Positions 38,450-52,799 are shown, counted from the stretch's first letter. The stretch: DNA of 64,000 nucleotides from Octopus vulgaris (GCA_951406725.2 OX597822.1:118668001-118732000); one strand, 5' to 3'. Notes: generated by a model not told the origin, from the sequence alone. Made by a program: numbers and translations.

Positions 38450-41400
38450 CTCTCTCTTTCTCTCTCTCACACACACACACAATTGTACAATATTTATAAA
38501 GAACTCAATACAAGATGGAGAGTGTAATAAATATAATATAAATAAAGAAGCTGAACAAATTCAGGAATGTTTTTCTACAGAATCTTCTAAATCATTGAAA
38601 TATAAGTACAGGGAAAAAATTTGATACAATATTGCATACATGGAAAAAAATGGGGGTGGGGGGGTGGCAGGAATTGTATGGGGAAGTATAATGAGTTATT
38701 AGCTATAAAAAATCTCTGGAGGCATTTTTAAACGAAAGAAATATTGGAGGTGCGGCTGTATGGTTAAGAAATTGTTTCCCAATTTCATGCTTTTAGGTTC
38801 AGTCTCACTGTGCGGTACCTTGGGCAAGTGTCTTCTACTATAGCCCCAAAATGACTAAAGCCTTGTGAGTGGAATTGGTAGATGGCAATAGAAGTCTATC
38901 ATGTGTGTGTTTCTGACTCCTCGTTTTGGCATTACATAACACCTGTAAACGAGTATCACTGTCATACGTGCAGTGTCGTTCATTTCCAATATTCTGCGTA
39001 AACATATCTGGCCACAGAGGAAATATTACCTCGGTTGGAAACATGTGAGGGTTGGTGACGGGAAGGGCATCTAGAAAATTTACCTCAAAGTGTGCAACCC
39101 ATGCAAGCAAGGAAAACTGAATGTTTCAAATGATAACAAATCTGCTCATTAACCGAGATTTGATAGTGTAATGGAAGTGTTTTAGACAAGGCTTTGAATA
39201 ATTGATTGCAGGTGATCGAAGGTTTTATGGATGTATTGTAGAGACCTGTGTCACTTACGAAAAGGGGAAAGAAAAATTAGAGTCAATATCAAGCAGTATA
39301 TCCAGACCCTTTACATAAAAACGAAATTCTAGAATACATCCATGAATACTCCTGTCAACTGAGATCAATTAGTCAGTCTTGTTAGGTGTATGTATGTATA
39401 TATATATATATATATATATATAGATATAAAGTGGCACCCTGGGCTAACCAAAGCCTTGTGAGTGGATTTGGTAGACAGAAACTGAAAGAAATTCATCATC
39501 ATATATATATATATATATATTTCTATCTATGTGTGTATGTGTTTGCCCCCCATCACTGCTTAACAACCAGTGTTGGTGTATTTATGTCCACATGACTTAG
39601 TGGTTCTGCAAAAGAGACTGATAGAATAAGTACCAGGTTTAAAAAAAAAGGACAGGGGGTGGGGGTAGTCAATTCACTCAACTAAAATGCTTCAAGATGG
39701 TGCCCCAGCATGGCTGCAGTCTAATGACTGAAAGAATATATATATATATATATATATATAAAAATTAAAATAACAATAATATACCGAAGATTAAGTAAAT
39801 TGCAAAAAAATAATAACGTATATATTTGGTATTATTTTTATTATTTTTTTATATTTTATCATTTTTTTGCAATTTACTTAATCTTTGGTTTATTATTGTA
39901 ATTTTAATTTTAATATTTCAATTATATGTAATTTTCTAGATGGTGTAATTAATTGTGCATTTTGAATTGATAAAAGGTGTTTTTTTCCTAATTTTTATAT
40001 ATATATTATATTTTGTGAAATTTGATTTAGTATTTCTAAATTGAACTTTTCCCTGTAAGTTAGGAATAATATTCCCTCAAATAATTATTATATATATACA
40101 TACATTAATTTCAGATACACATAAGTAGATACTAGTGGGGAAAGAGATACAGCCTATCTCCCACTCCTTCAGTCTCTTACAACCTCCACCCACGAGCCTG
40201 TTCTCACTTCAACCCACCTCATATCTTAAGGGCCTACCTAGAAACCTCATCACTACTTTTGTTCTATTACAGGTCCTTCTTTCATACATTTACCCTTTGT
40301 CTCCAAGCATAAAGCTGCCCCCTCAGGGTTCATAGTCTTGCAAGCTGCATGGTGCCCTCACTAATCCTGGTGCCATGAAAAATGCATCAAGCACACACTG
40401 TAAAGTGGTTGGTGTTCCTCAGATTTGATTGAGGGCACCAGCTGCATAAGTTCATGCTTGATTGCATTCTTCTCACAGAAACAAAAGGCAATGAAGCATA
40501 AACTCAGACAGGCAGCTTTCTTTAACAATCAGGGCCATCAATTTTTATATGGCTGTCACGCAACCTAACTGTGATAAACACCCACTATAAGTTTAGAATA
40601 GAGTAACCGTCTAGGACTCCGTATTTCACTTCTTTTGAAAATGGTGAGATTTATGAAACCATTAAGTACCTCTAAATAAATTTTAAAGAAGTTAAGCAGT
40701 GCCTCCTTCTTGAATTCTTTCCTTTACACTTCCATTTCTGCAGAAAACAAACTTATTCGCCTGTATACACACTCAAATAGATACCAGTGGGCAAATAAGT
40801 ACAGTCTATGAGCGCTTATGCACAGCTAGTTAGACAAATGAATCATTACTATGTTTGCAAGCAATTAAACTGGTTAAATGAGCATCTCCAAAGCATAGGG
40901 AATATTCTTTTCCACTCTAAACACAAGGCCCGAAATTTTTTTTTTTCAGTTGATTAGATCGATGCCAGAATGCAAGTGGTACTTAATTTATCGACCCGGA
41001 AAGGACGGAAGGCAAAGTCAACCTTGATGGAATTTGAACTCAGAACATAAAGACAGACAAAATACCACTAAGCACTTCGCCTGGTGTGCTAATGTTTCTG
41101 CCAGCTCGCTGCCTTAGCACAGTGAATATTAAGTGGAGATAAGGCAGCAGTTCGTCTGTCTACAGGTTCTGAGTTCAAATTCTGCCAAGGTCAACTTAGC
41201 TTATCATCCTTTCAGAGTCGTTATAATACCAATTGAACACTAGGGTCAATATAATCAACTTAGCCCCTCTCCTGAAATTGCTGGCCTTGTGCCAAAATTC
41301 AAAAGCAATATTAAGTGGAGTAGCTTCTATCTCTTCCCACCACACACCAACACACACACACATACTCTTTTACTTATTTCAGTCATTTGACTGCGGCCAT

Positions 41401-41484
41401 GCTGGAGCACCGCCTTTAGTCGAGCAACTCGACCCCGGGACTTATTCTTTGTAAGCCCAGTACTTATTCTATCGGTTTCTTGCC

Positions 41485-41518
<34 letters not shown>

Positions 41519-43099
41519 GACAGGCTTCTTTCAGTTTCCGTCAACCAAATCCACTCACAAGGCTTTGGTCGGCCCGATGCTATAGTAGAAGGCACTTGCC
41601 CAAGGTGCCACGTAATGGGACTGAACCCGGGACCATGTGGTTGGTAAACAAGCTACTTACCACACAGCCACTCCTGCACCTACACATGTACTACTACTAC
41701 TATAAATAAATGCTGGGACAGTGTGTAGCATGGTGATAAAGAGGAGTGAACGACTAGCAAGAGGGTGAACAATGGGAACGGCAACCCCCCACCCCCCCCA
41801 CACACTACCCAGGGAATCAGAATGAAAGAAGAAAACAAAGAACTGAGTGTCCTTAATAAATATTGCAATAGTGCTTACCATTAGAGAGTGCTCGCTGAAG
41901 CTCAAAACCAGAGATATCGCCACTGCGGTTGGTGTCAATCCTGAGAAGACAGCAGGGAGGAGGAGATGTTCTAGATTAAGTAGGTACTAAGTAACTATAT
42001 ATACTAAACAGACATGCATGATAGATAGGAGTGATGGTGATTGATGCAAGAAAAAGGAAAACGCATTGATGTGATTTATGGAAAGACTAATGAAAATGTG
42101 CTTCGTGTGCTTTTGTGTGCACAATTGTCTGGCCATGGGCCAATGCGTGTGTAAGCAGGTTTGTGTTTAATATATATATATATACAGGGTATATGGGTCC
42201 ACTGGCTAAATAAAAAAGGGGGCAATTCCCTTCTCTGTTGCTCTTAATTTTTGATTGTCTAAATTGTGTAACTTGAAAATAAATTCCACAAAGGAGTGGC
42301 TGTGTGGTAAGTAGCTTGCTAACCAACCACATAGTTCCGGGTTCAGTCCCACTGCATGGCACCTTGGGCAAGTGTCTTCTGCTATAGCCCCGGGCCGACC
42401 AATGCCTTGTGAGTGGATTTGGTTGACGGAAACTGAAAGAAGCCTGTCATATATATGTATATATATATATGTGTGTGTGTGTGTGTTTGTGTGTCTGTGT
42501 TTGTCCCCGCTAGCATTGCTTGACAACCGATGCTGGTGTGTTTACGTCCCCGCCACTTAGCGGTTCGGCAAAAGAGACTGATAGAATAAGTACTGGGCTT
42601 ACAAAGAATAAGTCCCGGGGTCGATTTGCTCGACTAAAGGCGCAGTCAAATGACTGAAACAAGTAAAAGAGTAAAGAGAAGTACAGTTTGCAATTATAAA
42701 CACCAGAAATATTGCATTATTGTGTGGTGTACAAACACGGCTCTGTGGTTGAGAAGTGTGTTTTGCAACCACATGGTTTCAAGTTCAATCTCACCATATG
42801 GCACCTTCAGAAAGCGTCTTCAACCATAACATCTGGTTGACTAATGCCTTTACCAGTGGAATTTGCTGGGTGGAAACTGTGTGGAAGACTGACATATATA
42901 AATATGTCTTATATCGATGTACATTAGCGAGGAAAACCAATAAAACAAGGGCTCCAAATACCTTGTAGTGTTGGTTCTATTCAAATTTCGCAGACAATCC
43001 CTTGTCACTCTGACTATTGCAAATGCAATGAACCAAGGACAAGCCCGTAAGCAACAACAGTTAAACAGAATGTGATACGTGTATATATATATATATGTG

Positions 43100-43387
43100 T
43101 GGAGGCGCAATGGCCCAGTGGTTAGGGTAGCAGACTCATGGTCGGAGGATCGCGGTTTCGATTCCCAGACCGGACATTGTGAGTGTTTATTGAGCAAAAA
43201 CACGTAAAAGCTCCACGAGGCTCCGGCAGGGGGTGGTGATCCCTGCTGTACTCATTCACCACTTTTTCTTCTGTTGGCCTGCTCGCTTAGCCAGCGGGGT
43301 GGCGTCGTTCGAAGGCTAAGAACAATTCGAAGCGCATTGTGACCAGTGATGTGTAACAACATCTGATGGTCTGGTCGGTCACGTGAT

Positions 43388-43395
<8 letters not shown>
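43100..43395 (+). mobile_element. tRNA-derived SINE, third family
   Basis: ggaggcgcaatggcccagtggttagg (A box), ggtttcgattccc (B box), flanked by (TA)n. Confidence 0.8.
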
Positions 43396-43428
<33 letters not shown>

Positions 43429-43839
43429 CGTATCATAGACACACCCACACACACATATATGGAAAATTGTTTTATTAACCTGCAATGCTCAGGTCTTTCA
43501 AAGAGAAGGGAATAGCTTGAAGAGAAAGTAGTTTTAACTTGTTGAGTAATTTTAAAACACTGCAGAGAAATCATCTTGAGAATGCATGTGGGCACACTCA
43601 CACAAATAGCTATAATTGGAAAAATGTTTGAGCTGAAATTTCCATCGTGGGTGCACGTGTGTGTGTGTACATAAGGGCTTAAGCTGTATATGAACCCTTG
43701 AACATTCAGATTATGTTGTCAGCTGTAATTCTTATTCCTTTGTCACTCTCACTATTCCAATTCTTTGCAATTAATCATGCATTATCGTGTAGCATTGAGA
43801 TTTCAATGATGTGATTGTTAATTTTTAGAATGTCATTCC

Positions 43840-44290
43840 GATCGCATGCAGTTTTCTGGCTAACTCAAAGTCCTTTTGCCAGTCCTCAAGTGGTTTTACA
43901 TGGATCTTTCTCAATGACAGTCTTTTTAATTGATCACCATTGATGACAGATGGGCATCCACTACGCTCACAATCTTCAAGGCTCAGGTCTCCACTGTGAA
44001 ATCATTTAAACCATTTTCAAGCTGACCACTTACTGGTCATTTCTTCACCAAACATTTAATTGATATCACGAGCAGTTTCAGCTGTTTTACGTCCATTTTT
44101 AAAGTTGTATAGCAAGATTGCTCAAACATCGCACTTTGACAGTTCCATTTCAGATGATTGTAACAACGGTGAAAAAAAATCAATGTTAATTTATTGATGC
44201 ATTTGGGCAAGTCTATGTCTGTATTATCAGATAACTGCAAAAAAATGTTTTTAAAAAATTCAAAACTCTGCAAAAATCTGGTACAAATTC
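43840..44290 (-). mobile_element. Mariner 5' relic
   Basis: KWFK*FHSGDLSLEDCERSGCPSVINGDQLK...KDPCKTT (HTH/GRP-like linker). Confidence 0.75.
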
Positions 44291-47200
44291 TTCATGGATG
44301 GATGGATGGATAGAAATAGACAGATAGATATGTATGTATATAACTTATATATTTGTTGATAGTTGTTTCATGCGAGTCATTGTTTGATGGAATGACACTA
44401 TTTCATATAAACTGACACATATAAGGCTACACACTTTCAACATGAAAATGTAATGAGCACTTCCATACTTTTGTACCATAACATGTGGGATGGTGGAATG
44501 CATGTATGTGAAAATGGAAACCAAACAACAAAGTGAGGTGACCTGAAGAATTCAAACCACATCAATGAGGTAACCAAGACAACGTCACAAACGAACAAAT
44601 ACTTACTTTACATTATTAGTAAAGTTATATCCATAATTTAGCACCTGGAGAAAATTTGTTTTCTTGATTGTGTGTGTGTGTGTGTGTGTGTTTTAGGGAA
44701 GTAGTAAAACGCCGGACTAAATCATAATTTTTGTTTTAATGTCTGTCGGTAAAGCTCAACATTTGAAGAACTTTCACCTCTTCTTACCCAGGTCCTCCTC
44801 AATTCTCCATCCTGATTACCTTCCACTGCCAGTGCATCATATTTTTCTCAAGTAGCACCCACTGACCATTCACATTGTTTTGTTTATACCAGCACAGATG
44901 TCATTTTTGTACACTCGACTTGGTGTCCTTCAAAACCAGTTGCTTTTGCAGCTTAATTGCAGTCCACCTTTCATACAGATTAAACATTTCACATCTAAAC
45001 CGATTCAGATTTAACTCCCTCCACTCCAGGTTTTGAAAACCTTTCACATTTTGGTATCTGTATCTCTGTACTATACAGCATCACTTTTAAATACGTTTCA
45101 TATAGACTTCCTTCCTTCTAGGGGGGGGGGGGAGAGAGAAAAAGAGGAAACCTTTCTTGCCAACAAAGATAACAGCTCTGTAAACAGCCTCTACACCACT
45201 TCTCTACTCACTGTACTCTCACTACAACCATTTTCAACAATAATTAGATCACCTAGGTTACTGAAACTTAACACCATCAGAGCCAGCAGAGCAGCACACG
45301 GACTCCATTTCAAAGGTGTCCTTAATGCAAACTATTCCCATTTCATCCAGTGCATTTGAAATCCTGGTTCTCTGTCAGTCTTCCGGAAAAACAAAACATC
45401 TTTCATGCTCTCATTGTCTGTACAGAGTACAATGAGCATATTACTTCTTTCCTACGTGGGGGAAGGGCTATTGAACAATGCCATTTTGTTACTAGCTAAC
45501 CCTTTCTACTTTGTTGTTGTCATCATCATCATCATCATCGTTAAACGTCCGTTTTCCGCGCTAGCACGGGTTGGACGGTTCGACCAGGGTCTGGGAAGCC
45601 AGAAGGCTGCACCAGGCTCCAGTCTGATCTGGCAGAGTTTCTACAGCTGGATGCCCTTCCTAACGCCAACCACTCCGCGAGTGTAGTGGGTGCTTTTTAC
45701 GTGCCAGGGGGGTCTGGCATCGGCCACGATCGGTTTGAGCTTTTAACGTGCCACCGGCACGGGAGCCAGCCAAGGCAATTTGTGGCCATTTGAATTTCCT
45801 TTGAAGATTTGGCTATTTCGGCAAGGTTGAAAATTAAAGAAATTCTGCTTTGAGAACCAACATCGTTTTGTTACCATATTCCTATTAATTTTGAAGATAA
45901 TGAAACAACTTGGCTATTATTAACCTGATGGTTTGAAACAAATTATCGTGGAATTTTGATAAAAAGCTTAAATTTAGATTACTTTAAAGCAGGAATTTTG
46001 TTATCATAAAACAAGGAACAGTCTCAAGTGGGTTGGTATCAGAAGAGTTAAACTGAAAATCAAAGACTTCAGTCTTGAATTCCAGTGTTATTGCTTCAAT
46101 AATTTTATGGAATAGCAAGAAGCTAACCCAGCGCTTTAGTAAATGCCTACTTCAGCACTAAATTTATTCACCTACTTTGCTGCTACTTTTCATGTTGGTG
46201 AAATCATTATACATAACATAGGGTGTGGTAAATACCTTCCACAAGACAGTTTTCTTTCCAGAATACACAATATGTACTGGACATTTTCAAAGGCATTTTG
46301 TGACTTTATTTAAATTCTTAAATGTAGAAGATGTACGTCACGATTCCATTAGCAATACGGTATCTATGACTCTTCTACAGCCAGTCCTGATTAAATTCCA
46401 AAAACTTGCTCCATCATTTTGATGTCTGTGATGTTGTCCCTCTTAAATGCATCACATCTATCTTAGTAGCAGCAGCTTATAAAAGTTGTTATGGATATGT
46501 TCCTTCATTACCTGAGTAAATGGCAGCACATAAGGTGATGCTTTCAAACTATGTCTGCTTTCATCACACTTGTTAATATTAGTGTTAAGACAATAAAAGC
46601 AAGTGAACAACATCGAAAATCTAATTAGACATAATCGTGCGGTGAGGAAAAGAGAAATATAAGAGTAATAATGGCTGGTTTAACAGCTGAAGCAACAATG
46701 GGAGATAACTCATGTGTCAGTCTCCACGGAACTTACCAAAGCAGTGATGAGGAAATTATGAGGTCGAGGTACAACATTGTACGTAAGCAAGTGTGAAGAA
46801 TTTGCATATTTTGGAAAGTGGTCATTTAAATAGTTTAATAACTCCTCTTCAGCTAAATATTTCGATCTTGCCTCTCCACATTCGAAATGCAAATCCCAGT
46901 GACATTAAAAAACTATATTTTTATACTTAAATACTAAAAGGAATTGCATTAAAAAAAGAAGTTAAAATATCTTGTGTATTGTAGAAGTATAATCGATGTG
47001 TTGCACATAAGTTTTAACAAAATCTTTCTTATATGAACTCCCAAGGGCCATATGGGCCCTTGCTGTGAACCACTAAGAAATCATATATACTTAATCAAGG
47101 GTATGGCAAGCTTCTTACATAGAATCATAGATAAATTATCAACCCTCATCATATATAAAAATATAATTAAGAAAAAGATTTTTGAATTATAAATAATCAT

Positions 47201-47689
47201 TTCATTCTTTTCTATCCTTACCACTTTTAAATAACAAATATATTTAACCATTTTACAGCAAAAATCAGGTCTATCCACTCAAAATCTCAACTTTGAAATG
47301 TGGAAAGCAGTTTTATGTAACAATTTATGTTTTAATGAGGAATGTCAGGTTTGAAACTAATTTTTGTTGAGGTACACCAACTTTGAGACAAAGGAATTTG
47401 CAGAAAATACCAAATCTATTTTTTGGTAGATAATTAGTAAGATTACTGAATATCCGTTGAGCAGAGGAATCCTAGAAGATCAATGGTCAGGATTACCAAG
47501 CTTTATCAAAAGAGTAACTGCAACGCATCCATAGGAGTGGAGGCCATGGTTGCGTAATCAGCTGATGATAGATTCACTATGACTGAAGCCTGAGGACCAT
47601 CCCCCACAACCAGTGGACGGGGGTAGCGACAGAGTCATGGGAATCCATGCAAGCAGCGTGACCAAGATGATGAGATGACTGAAATAATC

Positions 47690-48092
47690 ATACATGTATA
47701 TACATGCACACACATGTATATGCACACATACATGTATATACATGCAAACATGTGTATATACACACATACATGTATATACATGCACACATACATGTATATA
47801 CATGCACAGACATATATACATGCAAACATGTGTATATGCACACATACATACATGTGTATATGCACACATACATGTATATACATGCACACATACATGTATA
47901 TACATGCACAGACATATATACATGCACACACATGTATATGCACACATACATACATGTGTATATGCACACATACATGTATATACATGCACACATACAGATA
48001 TACATGGAGACATACATATATACATGCAGACATACATGTGTATATATGCAGACATACATGTATATATGTATACACATGTGTATGCATGTATA
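47690..48092. repeat. Alternating purine-pyrimidine satellite (catgtatatacatgcacacata-like units)
   Basis: Directly visible. Source of six spurious ORFs. Confidence 0.95.
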
Positions 48093-51000
48093 TCCTATTA
48101 TAGTATTAAATCTCATTCTGATTAACACCATAATCAACATAACTTCATTAAATGATGCATATACACATTATATATAATTTTATATATTTTATATAATTTG
48201 CATATGACTAAAATCTCTCAACCATACAATTAATTTGATTAAATTAATTTCAATTAAGAAGTTAAATCCACAATGTTGAATTAATGTTAATAAAGTGAGC
48301 AACTTTGTGTGAATGCAGCTACTAACTCGTAAAGGGAGTGGTCAAATTTAGCATCAATCGCTCAAGTAATTAGCAGATAACTGACATGAGATTAGAATCC
48401 ATTTGCAAAAGCAAAGAGGGTGTGTTAGTTTATTGTGGAGGTCTTTAAAGTACAACAAAAATAGATACATATTATGTGTGTTAAATTGATTTCACTACAC
48501 TGTGTAAAACAAAAAAAAAAAAATAATAATAAAGGCACTGATGAGGCCTTGTGCAGAAATAAGGAAACGAAATGGTGTGATGTTTATACTTTTCTTATAA
48601 AGTATTACTGACTTTAACTCATTGATTCCCAATGTGGAGTATATATCCTACTGGTGGGACCTGGGGAAATTGTGGTGAAATGTGGGATTCAAAATTTTTT
48701 GCTTTTTTTTTTTTTTAAATAGGGCATAGAATTATGAAAATCTGCTGTTTTCACAACAAATATACCACACCTAAACTCAGCCTGGCCAAACCAATCTCTC
48801 AAGCCAAATATTCTGTGTGAAAACTGTTTACTAAAGTATAGTGTATTCTAACGTCCTACTATGGATATTTCTTGAAGGAAAGTATAAAATTATGATATAT
48901 TAAAAATAAAGTTGTTTTTTACTAACCACCAGTGGGGAATACATTTTTCTGGAAGGGTGTGGTGGGGCCTGGGGGAAAATAGGTTGAGAAACACTGTTTT
49001 AACACTTTTATTATTTCTATTTCTGTTGAAATACACTGCATTTCTTTCAGTTCATTTTGAAAATGATAAAGGATTTAGTATAATAACTGTGTTATTATCA
49101 TTATTATTATTATTAAGCTGATGTTTGGAACATTGAATTGATTTGAAATTTTGCTGGAAGGTTTTAATTTAGATCATTTTAAAACAAGGAATTGGTATCA
49201 CAGAACCAGGGGTGGTTTCAGGCAGGCGGGTTGATATCTAAGGGTTAAATGCAACGACGTGGGCTACAAGTATCTAACTTTCAAAACTGGTTACATTAAT
49301 GAAGTTAATTAAATTAAACAATAACTTACTCAAGTTAAATTTGTTAGAAGAAAGAAAAAAAACAAAAGAAAAGGAAAAATATGTAATAACGATAACATGT
49401 GAACCTGAAAAGAAATATAAGGGGAAATATAAGCTGACATTATTGCGATAAATATATCCCCTGAAGGAACCCGTTTCAGTTTTAAATGGAATTTAAAACC
49501 ACAAAAGTTTTGAGTTTTTATTCTACATCAGAAAATATATTTTTCTTCTTTTACTTGTTTCAGTCAGCGGCCATGCTGGAGCACCGCCTTTAGTTGAACA
49601 AATCGACCTCAGGATTTATTCTTTGTAAGCCTAGTACTTATTCTAGTGGACCCTTTTTGCTGAACCGCTAAGTTATAGCGACGTAAACACATCAACATAG
49701 ACACACAGATACATACATACATACACACACATATTTATATATATATATATATATATGGTCGACTTGAGGCTATAGCAGAAGACACTTGCATAAAGTGCCA
49801 TGCAGTGGGACTGAACCCGGGACCATGTGGTTAGGAAGCAAGCTTCTTTCCACACAGCCACGCCTACGCCTGTTTTACATTTGAACAGAAAAGGGGATTA
49901 TATTACTTAACAACAAAACAACAGTTTAATGTTTTTTAAATCCTTAAATCCTTATTATTACTGATTCATAAAACTACATTTGTTTTTTTTTCTCCGTATC
50001 ATAACATATCTATTTATTCTCAATACATTTTGGTGCAATCAAGCGTGAATATGTTGATCACGGTTGTTTTTCATTGGCTGACATCTTTTAGAAGCTGTGT
50101 GTTCATAATGCTTGAAATTCATTGAGGTAAGGGGACTGCTATACACACCTTGGCAGACCACCAGCATAGCATAGGTAAATAATTTGCAGATTTGTAGTTA
50201 AGACACCCGTGCCGGTGACACGTAAAAAGCACCGTCTGAACATGGCAAATGCCGGCACGCGCCTGACTGGCGTCCGTGTCGGTGACACATAAAAGCACCA
50301 ACTGATCGTGGCCGTTTGCCAGCCTCCTCTGGCCCCTGTGCCGGTGGCACCCACTACACTCATGGAGTGGTTGGCATTAGGAAGGGCATCCAGCTGTAGA
50401 AAGAGATCGATAGAATAAGTACTGGGGTCGATTTGTTTGACTAAAGGTGGTGCTCCAGCATGGCCTCAGTCAAATGACTGAAACACGTAAGAGTGACTAA
50501 AAAGTATTAGATAACCTTTGAGTTTAAATCTAAATTGCGTTTACACATGATTTGGCATATTTGCTCTGTTGCTGATGTTTATCTCCCATTGGTTTGGTGC
50601 ACCATTTTCTATTGATAAAAACTGCTGCCCTTTTTGGCAACAAGTGGGTACTAACATATTTATAAATTTACCAAGGAAATTTTCATTTGGGACTACATTT
50701 TAAAACACCTGTGTCCCTTTTAATGAAATGAATCTAGTGGCAATCTTGAAGCTAAGTGAAGGGCTGTACCCTAATTACATATAAATGCACAAACATCAAG
50801 GGCAACTAAAAATACACTACGTGAGTCTAAGACTACTGCAAGGACATAAAAGGGGCCAGGGTGACACAGAATATTGTGAAGAACAACGTCAATAACGGCT
50901 TCACAACTGCTGTTAGAAACAATACTACACTAGATAAACAGGTCGGAGTGTAAACCCCAGGAAAGAAAAACAAAACACTGGACAAACTTCCGTTTACTTG

Positions 51001-51529
51001 TGAAAGAAAAATAAACAATAGTTTTATAGTTTTTTTCCCTTTTTTTTTTTGTGAAAACAATAAAGCATTTCAGAATGGGAAGCAAGTACCGTTTTGAGTT
51101 ATTTTTCAATGTTTATATCTGTTCAAACCTAATTAACCCTTTCAATACTTATATTTCTGTTTTGCTTTCAATTTTAAAAAAATAAGGAAGAATATGGTAA
51201 AATAACATTTTGAAACAAAAGAAATTTTAATAGGAAGTTATTTAGATGAGATTAATGCACAAAATTTGCATCATAAAACCAAGAGCAATCTCGGGTGGTT
51301 TGGTATCAAAAGGGTTAAATCAATATTGAGCTTCCAAAGAAACTCGTGTGATTCTCACCCACATCTCTTGATACTGACCATGCACACAGAAATAGCTTCC
51401 AGCACACAATTACAAGACTAATTACAGATATAACAAGGTGCATAGTCTGATGTAAAATTATAAAATTAGTGATCCCCATATTGAAGGGTTGTCTGACAAG
51501 AATTTACATATCCTGTGTTGTAAATTCTT

Positions 51530-51905
51530 TGACAAATTCACTGATTTTATTCACAAAAGTATAGAGTTATGACTGATCTAACACAGCAAGCAGGTACAGA
51601 GAGTTGTGACTGATCACACAAAAAAGGCAAGCAGAGAATTACGACTGATCTCACATAACATACGAGTACAGAAAGCCTGTGACTGATCTCACACAAGCAA
51701 GCAAGCATAGAGAATTATGACTGATCTTACACAAAAGTATACAGTTGTGACTCATCTCACACAACATGCAAACACAGAGTTTTCACTGATTTCACACGAG
51801 ACACATACAGAGTTGTGATCAATCTCATGCAAAATGTACGTTTAGATCTGTGACTGATTTTATATACTACATGGTTCTTGAGAAACATGACCAATTTCAC
51901 ACAGT
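51530..51905. repeat. Array of ~10 conserved cores AGAGTTGTGACTGATCTCACAC with variable linkers
   Basis: Cores near 51563, 51600, 51633, 51670, 51710, 51741, 51776, 51809, 51843; period 30-39 bp. Confidence 0.85.
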
Positions 51906-51968
51906 ATAACCATGAACTCACAACCAATCTAACACTAAATATCCAAATAATGTATGTTTATTTCATTA

Positions 51969-52000
<32 letters not shown>

Positions 52001-52116
52001 TTAAACATATCAAAGGGAAATGGAAAATTAATTAAAGTGTTTCACTTCCAGTGGCCTAACGTGTAAAAATTTAGTCCCAAAAGACTATGAATTAGTCATA
52101 AAATACAGTGTACATT

Positions 52117-52521
52117 TAAACACATAAGGAATCCACTCGTGGGATTCAACATGCTAGAAAGAACAGCTAGGTTCTATAACCACAAAAATTAGGGATAAAA
52201 TTCAACAGGAACGAAATGAAAAATAAAAACATTTTACCATCAAGTTTCCTGGATTAATTGGTTTCTGATTTTAGTTTAGCAAGCAAATAATATTTGCTCA
52301 CGAGGTGAAATTGTCCTCAACAGGTACACCTTGGGTTAAATATATAAACAACGAGGCAATCAAAGTATATACCTCCCGTTTATATATCCTAATCTTTTCA
52401 AAATCTACTGCGCAGACGCAGCCCTACGCCGGCAATAAAAAAATGCCAATTTCTGTGGTTATAGAACCTAGCTGTACTTTCTAGCGTGTTGAATTCCATG
52501 AGTAGATTCCTTATGTGTTTA
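52117..52521. mobile_element. Fold-back/MITE-like element with ~74-bp inverted arms
   Basis: 52117-52190 is the reverse complement of 52448-52521 (aaacacataaggaatc...ctagaaag.acagctaggttctataaccaca). Confidence 0.75.
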
Positions 52522-52737
52522 CTGTATTAGTGATTTATATAAAATGAATTTACTACACTAGTGAGCTATATAAAATTTATTTACTGTACTAGTGGACTAA
52601 ATAAATAATGTACATTGAATCACTTATCTAAAGTCTGATTATTGTAAGAAGAAACGGTTTTTTAAAAACCTTCAAATTTGAGGGGAAAATAAAAATATAT
52701 AGTTTGTCCAGAGTAATGCATTTCTTAAAAAACTCAC

Positions 52738-52799
52738 CATTAGAAAGTGCATCTTGTAACTCCTTTGAAGATATCTGACCACTTTGGTCTCTGTCCACT
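52738..52799 (-). CDS. PDCD6: PDCD6/ALG-2 coding exon 2 (62 nt; EF-hand 1: (R)VDRDQSGQISSKELQDALSN(G))
   Basis: Minus strand ttctag|A GTG GAC ... TCT AAT G|gtgagt. Matches human ALG-2 [22 protein letters not shown]. Splices in frame to 29233. Confidence 0.93.

Noticed and set aside
43100-43175. tRNA gene (also SINE heads at 1345-1415, 4118-4200, 42290-42365)
   Set aside because: A/B boxes are present, but there is no complete cloverleaf and each continues into a multi-copy SINE body.
47558-48177. Six overlapping ~150-aa ORFs
   Set aside because: Simple purine-pyrimidine satellite.
51530-51905. CRISPR array or bacterial CRP sites (TGTGA-N6-TCACA)
   Set aside because: Eukaryotic intron, degenerate repeats, linkers too short (6-15 nt) and partly related, and no cas genes. 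Kept only as an unusual array.
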